From Octopus sinensis (Eukaryota): a stretch of 47,130 bases of DNA. Positions 37,624-47,130 of the stretch are shown piece after piece. A program made the position numbers and the translations under genes. How positions within the stretch are numbered: the stretch's first letter is position 1; each line of letters opens with the position of its first letter. The DNA lies in NCBI RefSeq assembly GCF_006345805.1, contig NW_021834984.1, positions 1 through 47,130 of the forward strand, in the 5' to 3' direction. The notes beneath the pieces are model-generated. The model was not told the DNA's origin. It saw nothing but the letters and a program-made list of their open reading frames with translations, and did not search any database.

Positions 37624-37738
37624 TTAAAAGCAGCAGAAAATTCAACAAAACCTGTTACTCTGAGTTTCACATTCCCGTTCGTCGACAGTTTTTTGCTAGC
37701 AGAGTAACAGGTTTTTTTGAATTTTCTGCTGCTTTTAA
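37624..37738. repeat. Short inverted repeat (PLE pseudo-LTR-like) with a degenerate hammerhead motif at 37651-37688 (-)
   Basis: Arms ttaaaagcagcagaaaattcaacaaaacctgttactctg and cagagtaacaggtttttttgaattttctgctgcttttaa. The minus strand reads ctgt C-GACGA ac-gggaat-gt GAAA ctcagag TA acag. Confidence 0.7.
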
Positions 37739-37973
37739 AAAAGCATATTACTCTACCACTGGTATTTGAGTACTCTTTTTTCCACTTGTTTCACATTTAT
37801 GTGTTTTTCCGTATATATATAATTAAATAGATAGATATTATATATATATATTATATATACTAGCAGTATATTGATATTTTTTATCCCATGGAGGGTGCAT
37901 TTACAACCCCTATCTCAATTTGTATATATATATATATATATATCATATATATGTATGTATGTATATATATATC

Positions 37974-38002
<29 letters not shown>

Positions 38003-38005
<3 letters not shown>

Positions 38006-38577
38006 TATTGGAAGGTTTGGAGATGATGTTCAGGTATTATATATTAGAAGAATGAGGTACTCAGAAGATCGGATGGTTCATATTTACAGATATTTATTTG
38101 TATATACATTTTTTAGATATATCTTATCATTTAGATCATTAGCGCTTTCTCCCATTCTAGTGGGGTTTTCAAATCAAATAGTTCCTTTGTGGGGAATTTT
38201 AATCATTTTATAGAGTTTCGTAGTGGTGGGGAGGAATATAAGACAGTACAAGAGGGCGAGGTGGATGAGGAGAAAGTGAGAAAGTGTTCTCTCTCTCACT
38301 TTCTCCTCATCCACCTCACCCTCTTTTACTGTCTTATGTTTCCTCCCCACCACTACGAAACTCTATAAAATGATTAAAATTCCCCACAAAGGAACTTATT
38401 TTGATTTGAAAACCCCACTATAATGGGAGAAAGCGCTAATGATCTAATTGATAGATATATATCTAAAAAATTATAAATATATACATAAATATCTGTAAAT
38501 ATGAACCTCCGATCTCTGAGTACCTCATTTCTTCTAATATATAATACCTGAACATTATCTCCAAACTTCCAATATAT
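38003..38577. repeat. Large near-perfect palindrome (~275-bp arms, ~12-nt spacer at 38282-38293)
   Basis: For example ggtggatgaggagaaagtgaga/tctcactttctcctcatccacc and caggtattatatattagaaga/tcttctaatatataatacctg. Flanked by (TA)n. Confidence 0.95.
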
Positions 38578-39739
38578 TTATATATATATATATATACACA
38601 TACATGTATATACATATTCACACATACACATGCATGCACACACACACGTGAATGAAATCTATTCAATATTGAGTGAAACAGTGTCATGTTATGAATGTTA
38701 ACGTCTTGGCCCCAGCCTAATGGTCTGCAGCTTTCTTTCACCAAGGCCAGCACATAGAGATATCTCTTATGAGCTAAATGCAATGAAGAATCATAATGCA
38801 ACATTCAGATTCGTGTCTTCTCAGAGCAACCAATAAAATCAGTCTTGTCACATGATAAGCAGAAATGCTAATCTATGAACTCGTTTTGGTTTCTTACGCT
38901 TGAATGGCTAGCAACCCAGCTATACACAATCCCTTGTAGGGTTTTCTTTTCTATCTTATTTTAATTTCGTGTTTATTGCAACTCACTTCAAAATGCAGAA
39001 AAACATTCAGTATAGAGTTTTTCTTTCTGATTCCCTATTAACTGCATTAGTTTCCCAACTTATAACACGAATATTGCTTTTCCTCAGAGTAATTTTATGG
39101 CAATCCATGAAACTTCAAACACACACACACACACAAATATAGCAGGTAGATTGAAGAGAAGCCAGGGGCAACGGGTTTATTTAGCAAGGGAAGTGTAATG
39201 GTGATTCAAAATGGAACCACTTGGGAAACGGTCATGTATCATGACCAAACCACAGGTAATTGGCCCATTAAGCAACCAATCAGCATCAAGCCATCACATG
39301 ATTCAATCTACTAGAACCTTCTCTTTGTGCCTTATAAAAAGGCTTCTTTTGGCAGTAATTGCAGAATGCTGTGGTAGCTGCATGATGTGTCTCCATTCCT
39401 GCCACAGCTGACGACTCCAGGAGATGGTTAAGACAGATGGCAGACAGACGACAGGAATCTCCATTGCCACAAACATAACGCAATTGTTTGCTGTTATGCT
39501 GGGTAAGCCACATGTTGCTGTGTCTGTAATCTTGCTGTAAGCTCCAAGCAGTATGTCTCTCCTAGTGTTTAATTATTGCTGTTGTTATTTGTAAAAAACC
39601 AACACAGTTTGACTCTGTGAGCAAAAATAAAATCTGCTAAAAGTCCATGGGTGTTGTTCAGTTACTTCTTCACACCGCCCAAGAAACTCGTTTACATTCA
39701 TCCACTCAACCAGTCATCATTACAGAACATCCGACAACA

Positions 39740-42630
39740 ACACAATTCAAGTGATAGGAAAAGCAGAAAAAAAAAAAAGTGCCTGTGCTCTACAGTGTAT
39801 CAGAGAAAATTGGAAGGTGAGTATGGATGGATGAGAGTGCACTTGCACCTAACAATTCTGTACAGAATGAAACAGAGATTGCTCTTATGAAAGGCTACTA
39901 AATTTTGAGAATGCATGGAAAAAGAAGTCATCTTTTTGTGGACCCAAAAGAGAGACCAGTTTTCTCAGCTGACAGCTGTGTAATAGATAAAGCAATTAAG
40001 AATTTGAAGACATGGAAAGCCCTTCATCCATCAGGAATTATTGCAGAGATGTTGGAAATAATTAGCAAAGTGGAATACGGCTTAGTCACCCATATAGTCA
40101 ATATAGTTGTACAAGAAAGTATCAAGCTCAACAACTGATGTAGCAGCATTATAGTCAACTATTACAAGAGTAAATGAGATGACTTAAATAGAAGTAATTA
40201 CAGAAGTATTAAATTGCTGGACTAGTCATTGAAATTGCAGAAAGTGCCATATCTTAACTGATTAGGAAAATAATAGCCTAGTGCTGGGCAGACATGCTGC
40301 TGAGGTTCTCTTTCAAGTAAGGTAACTGCAGAGAAGTAATTTAAATAAGTAAACTGCTATGGCTGAAGAAAACCTTTGACAGGAACCCTCATTCCCTTAT
40401 CTGGTGGTTCCTGCAGAAGCTAGGAACATATGAATGGTTAGTGAGAGACTGTTCAGGCCATGTGCAGGGTATTCTTTATAAGTGAGAGTTAGCAGTGGAA
40501 CAGTAATGAATTTAGTGTGGCAGGTAAAAGTTCACCAGGCTTTGATTATCAGTTCCCTACTATTTATCATTGCCCTCCTGGTCATACTAAGGGGAATCCT
40601 TATGGAGTACCTTCTGGGGAACTCCTCTATGCCAGATCTTGTTAGAAAAAAAAATTCTAGGAGTGAAAGTAAGATCTAGAATCAAAGGGCTTTAAAGTTA
40701 ATTTGACAAAGATTGAAGTTCTATTAAAAGGTAAAACACATAGAACATGGAAAATGGCCCTGTTTGATATGTAGAAAAGGTGTAAGAAGAAACTCCATAT
40801 AGTGAGCCCAATGCAATCTATGGACACATCTTAGGTGAAAAGGAATCACAGACATGTTAGCAAAGAAATTCAATCCTGAGGCAGAGGCAAAGGAACACTA
40901 AGAACATGCAAAAAATAGATTTTCTTCAATGCCCAGGAGGTTCCCTAGCAATAGATGATAGTTTCTAGATAAACTAATTGGTAGTGGAGGAGAACGTTCT
41001 GAAATCACAGTTGTTAGGATAAGAACTGGCTTGAGAAAGTCTAGAAAGCTATTACTTCTGTTGGTAATTAAAGCCTTTTTTCATAGAATGAAAAGCAAAT
41101 TGTATGAGGCTTGAGCATAAACAGCAATGCTACATGGTAGTGAAAAATGGGCTCTAAATTCAGGGGATATGCAAAACTAGAAAGAAATGAAGTTAACACG
41201 TCCCACATGAAATGCAGAGTGTGTATGAAAGTATGACAAATTGTAAATCAAATGTGTTTAGAGAAAAACAGGGTATAACAGGTATAAGCTGTAATGTGAG
41301 GGAGGAAATGTTATGGTAGTATAGTTGACAGTAGCATAAAAAAGGCCCAATAACTAAACGTGCATAGAATCTGAGGAAAATGGAGACCCATGAAGACGTG
41401 GGACAAAGAAAAAACCAGCCTCAGAATGTTGAGTCTCTTGGGAGAGATGATAAATGGCCAAAATAATTGTTGAACTATTGTACTCATTATGACTTGTTCA
41501 TTTTATCAGAAAATGAGGTCCTAAAGGGGCATATCATACTTTTACGTCTATGCCTCCATTCCCAATCTGTGTCAAACCTTCCCCACAACTCATTTTCCTA
41601 AATTCCATTCCACAGCCACTCATTCAACTGTAGCTTTATTTACTCAGCTACTACAATTATTTGAGAGCAGAACTGCAAATATTTCATCCTGCTGTGTACT
41701 ACCAGTTGCCCTTCTCCTTGGAACCATTTCCTTTCAGCTCCCATCCCATATTCCCAATATCATCCCTTACCATTTTATTTTCTACTAAACATTCACTTCC
41801 TCTGAACAAAACTCTCAAATCTGCCAAATCAGTGATCCACTACCACCACCTTTTTTAATCACACACTATTTCCACACTATACACCTCTGACACTACACCT
41901 CTCTCCCTATCTTTCTCTCAACCCCTTCTTCACATCATTTTATTTCTCATTTATCTACATTTTTATAAAACTATTATTCTCCAGTCGGCACCATTTTATA
42001 CTGCCACATATCACCTCCTCTTCCTTGACCTCGTTATTCTTCCACCTTCTCCCCTAAACTCATACACACCATTGACCAAGTCTCCAACTGTGTTCATCTT
42101 TCATTGCATTCACCTCTATATCCATCTCTCTCTTTACACATACACATGAACTTACCTGTGTATCTTTCTTGACCAATTGTCCCTACTCTCTGTTATATAC
42201 ACCTTCTTGTACCTTGAAGGTATGTCATGAAGCCTCGTCACTAATATCCTTTCTCCCTTTCTAGCTGGGGTGGTCATATATTTCATGTGATGCCAGATAA
42301 ATATTTCTGCTTTTCTATCGCACTCTAGTGCCTCAACAAGCTGCAAGAACCCAGCTTCCACAATACTATGCCACTCAGTCGAGGGGCCTCGTTTTGTGAC
42401 TTAATCACTGATCTCCTTCCTGTGAGTACCATGAGAAAAAAGTTGTTGGCTTTAGGAAGCGCATCCAGCCATTGAAGCCATGTTAAAACAGATTTTGCAC
42501 CAAGACACAGTCCTCTGGTTGATCAGATTCTGTCAGACTGATCAGCCCATACCAGTGTGGAAGATGATAATAAAGAGGATGATGAAGAAGATGATGATGT
42601 TGACGGTGATGAAGATGATGATGATGATAC
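39740..42630 (+). mobile_element. Highly decayed RTE-clade LINE (reverse transcriptase region, long CT-rich 3' region, tail)
   Basis: DKAIKNLKTWKALHPSGIIAEML (K..KAPGP.GI.AEML), QVKVHQALIISSLLFII (GVHQGS.LSPLLF), KWPCLICRKG and AMLHGSEKW (LHGSETW). The end 'gttggctttaggaagcgcatccagcc...gatgatg' is at 42445-42630. Confidence 0.8.
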
Positions 42631-43830
42631 ATACAAACACATGAATCTATACTCGTACATAAACAGACACACAGACAGACACAAAGACACACACATATGC
42701 ATGCAGACTTAGACACACCCACATGTTTGTGTAGTGTGTGTGTGTGTGTGCATGTATGTGTGTGCCTGAATGTGTGTAACACGGTGAGTGAGTGTGCATG
42801 CATGTGTGTGTGAAAGTTTTGTATAATAAAGTTTATTCTATAAGCAGTAGGCACACACACACACACACATACACACACACACACACATACACACACACAC
42901 ACACACACACAATGATATTGTATATAAAATTCATAAACACAGTCAAACACACCATCAGTGTTCAAGCAGACACTTATACACGCCCTAGCCTAAGGGGGGT
43001 CAAATTGAATCTTATTAAAGGAGTGACCCAGATCAACAGTTACAGTTCTATTGCGGTTTAGAATTTCTATCATCTGTTCCATCTCCCAGCACAGATTCCA
43101 GTTCTAGACGAATGATATATATCAAGCACAGTATCAACCTAACACATACGAGGCAACAAGGGGCCATTTATGTGGTCACTCTGCCTGTAGAAATAGCTCA
43201 CAAATCTCTCTCAAATTTCATTTTAATGAAAGAAGCCTTGAATAACTTGGTACAGATAGCCATATATATATATATGTATATATATGCATATATATATGTG
43301 TGTGTATATATATGTATATATGTGTGTGTGTGTATGTATATATATATATATATATACATATTTATACACATATATACATATATATATATATGTAATATAT
43401 ATAAATATGTGTATAAATATAAATATATATATATGTGTAATGTATTATATATATGTATAAATATAAATATAAATATATTATATATCTCTATATATAATAT
43501 ATATATAAATTACTAAGTTGGCTAACCACAAATTAAAACCCAAAAGGTACAAGCACAATCGTCACTAAGTGATGGAGGGTGCTAGTGAGCACCACCATTG
43601 CTAGAAATTACGAGTCAAAAACAACTCTAGTCATGGGCAAAGCACTTGTCCATTGACTGACATTGATTAAGTGCTTTGCTCATGGCTAAGTGTTGATTTG
43701 GCTCTTCTTCTAGCAATGTTGTTGCTGATTTTTACCCTAAAACAACTGTAGTGGTGATTGTACTTGTACCTATATATATATACACAAGCATATACATGCA
43801 CACGTGTATATGTAATATATAAATATATAA

Positions 43831-43879
<49 letters not shown>

Positions 43880-44887
43880 TATAATATATATAGATATATA
43901 CATATATACATATATAACATTTACACATATATGTAATATATACACACATAAACATCATCATCATTAACATCTATTTTCCATGTTGGCATGAGTTAAATGT
44001 TTGACAGGAATTGGTAAACTGGAGATCTGCACCAGATTACAGTCTAATTTGGCATGGTTTATATAGCTGGATGCCCTTCCTGATGCCAACCACTCCACAG
44101 AGTGTACCAAATACCTTTTATGTGTCACCTGCATGGATAGCTTTTACGCATCACAGGTATGGACCATGGGCTATGGTTTCACTTAGCTTCACACACAGAC
44201 ACACATGCACATGTATATATATATGTGAAGTGTATGGATGAGGACAGTTGTGTAAAGAAGTGCTGATCTCTAACTGTGGAGGGAACCTGTGGTAGAGGTT
44301 AGGGCCAGGAAGATCTGAGACAAGGTGGTGTAACATGATCTTCAGACATTGGGCTTCACAGAGGCAATGTCTGGGGATGAAGACCAAGTGAAATCATAGC
44401 GTCATAGCTGATGCCGGTGCCAAGTAACTGGCACCTGTGCCAGTGACATATAAAAAGCACCTTTCGAGTGTTGGGCCTCACTGGGGCAATGACAAATGAC
44501 CGAGACCTCTGGAAATACACAGTGCTTGAGTAGAAGACCCATCAAGTCAAGTGGAATCATGGTCATGGCAGATACAGGTGTCATGGAAGAAGCACCCGTG
44601 CGAGTGTCATGTAGAAGTACCCGTTACACTCTCAGCATGGTTGGGGTGAGGAAGGGCTGCAGAAACGATACCAGACCAGACTGGAGTCTGGTGCAGCCCA
44701 TCAGCTTACCAGCCCAGGTAAAACCATCCATCCTATGCCAGCATGGATAACAGATATTAAATGAGGATGATGATGATATATGCACACACACACATATATC
44801 TACATATATGTAATATATATACAAGTATATTGTGTATATATATACAAGTATATATGTATATATATATACAAGTATATATGTGTGTAT

Positions 44888-44918
<31 letters not shown>

Positions 44919-44976
44919 AACATATATATGCATACCCACATAATATATATATGTATAGATTTATATAAATATATGC

Positions 44977-45011
<35 letters not shown>

Positions 45012-45030
45012 TTATACTATATATATATAT

Positions 45031-45064
<34 letters not shown>

Positions 45065-46035
45065 CATACATATATATATATATATATACATACATAATAT
45101 GTATATAATATATATTGATAGATTGATGGACAGATAGATAGACAGACAGATAGCACGCACATACCATGCCAGCATGTAAAAGGAAATAAATGATGATGAT
45201 GATAATGATGATGATGATGACGATGTGTGTGTATATAAACATATGAACCCCCCCCACACACACACACACAAACAAACATATATTCAGTAGATGTAGAAGC
45301 GAAGAGGTTTCTCACTTTCTGCTCATTCTGCCCGTTTGAAATAGCAACGAAGAAATATCTCACATAGCTTTAGCTTCTCTACCTTAAAGCTGACATTAGT
45401 TAATGTAGAGTGACTGAATAAAAAGGCTGGATGGTCAGGAATGGAACATCTTCAAGTAAATGCCTGCTGGATACCGGAGCTTGGCTTGTGCTTGACAACA
45501 ACATTTGGAAATTAGAAATAAATACTAAAATGACTGGTGGTAGTGGTGGTCATGGTCTTCTTTTTGAGAGTATGCTGGGAGACATGTTTCTTAAGCAACT
45601 CAAAAAAAAAAAAAAAAAAAAAAAGAACCAAAGTATCAGTTATTTAGGTCAAAGCATCCCTTGATAACCCCTTCAGAGAAAGAAAAAAAAATACATGAAC
45701 AAATAAAAAGAAAAAAAGAATTCACAGAAAGAGAAAAAAAAATTCCTTAAAAAATGGTGTGTGATGCTATAATAAGGTCTGAAGGTCTTTCAGCACCAAA
45801 ACAGCACCAAGTAACCTGAGACACAAACACAAACACACATATAGAGAGATGGACCACGCAGTGGGATGTTTTATACATACATCTGTGTATATATGTTTGT
45901 GTATGTGTGTGTGTGTATATATATATATGTATATATTATAAATATGCGCATATATATATATATATCTATCTATATTATATCTATATTCTATATATATATC
46001 TATATATCTATATCTCTCTCTCTCTCTCTCTCTCT

Positions 46036-46066
<31 letters not shown>

Positions 46067-46190
46067 GGTATGTATACATATGATGCACACATATGCACAT
46101 CTGTATCTGTGTGTATGTGTACCTATATATATATATATATCATGCACATACACACAAATATACATACATAAATACATGCATGCATATATA

Positions 46191-46228
<38 letters not shown>

Positions 46229-47130
46229 ACACATATATTCATATACAGTACTTGAATGCATGCATACTTACATATATACACACACATATACATACTGTAA
46301 TAACTACCTACTTACATAGATCTGCCACACTGATGGAAAAACAAAAACAAAAACAAAAAAAAAACAATGCTCTCCTTTCCTTTCACATTCTAATTATTAT
46401 TTTAGGGATTCCTACTTCCTCCTGCATAATGCTTATAATTCTCACCTGTAAATAATTCTTTAGATAAATAAATTAGAATTATTGCCAATCTACAAATGTA
46501 ATTAAGTCCTTCGTTTGCTAGTAAATTGACATGGAAAATAATATAAAAGAAAGTTAGTTAGATGTTGTTGTTGTTGAACCCTAGGTCTGATCCAATCATG
46601 CTGACCTATGCTCAAAGATGTTCTACCCATGTCCTTGCTTCCTATCTAACGTACACGTAACATACCTAGGATGCATTATCCGATGGAAGAGTCTTCTCCT
46701 TTGTATTGATGAAGTAATTTTGATTTTACATCCGATCAGTTGATCTAGCAAACCTATGTTCAAAATACTTTCCAGCCATGACTACCATTCAAGCTTTATT
46801 CAGATATAGTAGTGGTTAATTGGCAATGTTCTGGCTATTGTTTGACTCTCAGTGTTCTCGTTCAACTTCTACTATGGTCAGCTTTGCCTTCACCCTTCCA
46901 GGGTTGGTAAATAAAGTATCAAGAAATGGTACACAAGCAGAGAGATCATGTTTGGTGGATTTGTTAGAGTGTTAGATAGGAGTGCTGTGTGTTCTGAGTG
47001 CAAAATCCTATTTACTCCAACTTCATAGTGGAGTAGCCTCTTTCAGGTTAAGACTGTAAAAACCAAAGAAAGAAACCAGATTTATTTAAATAAGTTTGTC
47101 CTTATTGAGTATGGCCAAGACAAAGTCTGC

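Noticed and set aside
42152-42361. 69-aa minus ORF ending at a strong donor (CAG|GTAAGT) as the missing upstream FReD exon
   Set aside because: The donor falls in phase 2 of that ORF whereas phase 1 is needed. It lies antisense within the RTE 3' region and shows no signal peptide or recognisable domain.

Overview
Eukaryotic, AT-rich, repeat-saturated genomic DNA. The repeat families and the extreme (TA)n/(CA)n/(TAA)n/(CAT)n density look like an octopus (coleoid cephalopod) genome; this is my inference, not a database result. The only supportable host gene is on the minus strand: three phase-1 GT-AG exons (16594-16475, 13877-13740, 1836-1415) that splice into a ~226-aa C-terminal fibrinogen-related domain (FReD). 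Its upstream exon(s) were not found in the remaining ~30 kb. The rest is intronic or intergenic. It holds decayed DNA transposons (DD37D/maT, mariner, Tc1, a piggyBac-type MITE), non-LTR retroelement remnants (R4/Dong-like, HERO-like, RTE), Penelope-like elements (PLEs) with a GIY-YIG endonuclease, several tRNA-derived SINE families, minisatellites and many inverted repeats. Nearly all short ORFs in the track are microsatellite translations. The most interesting signals are: (i) four degenerate minimal type-I hammerhead-ribozyme motifs (27990-28060, 29580-29646, 31194-31271, 37651-37688), two of them in the pseudo-LTRs of a PLE; (ii) a ~1.25-kb composite element present twice in inverted orientation around the symmetric 120-nt exon, a candidate for dsRNA editing or back-splicing; (iii) a recent 4x261-bp amplification inside an old, dead transposase. 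I see no convincing evidence for a wholly new protein-coding system.
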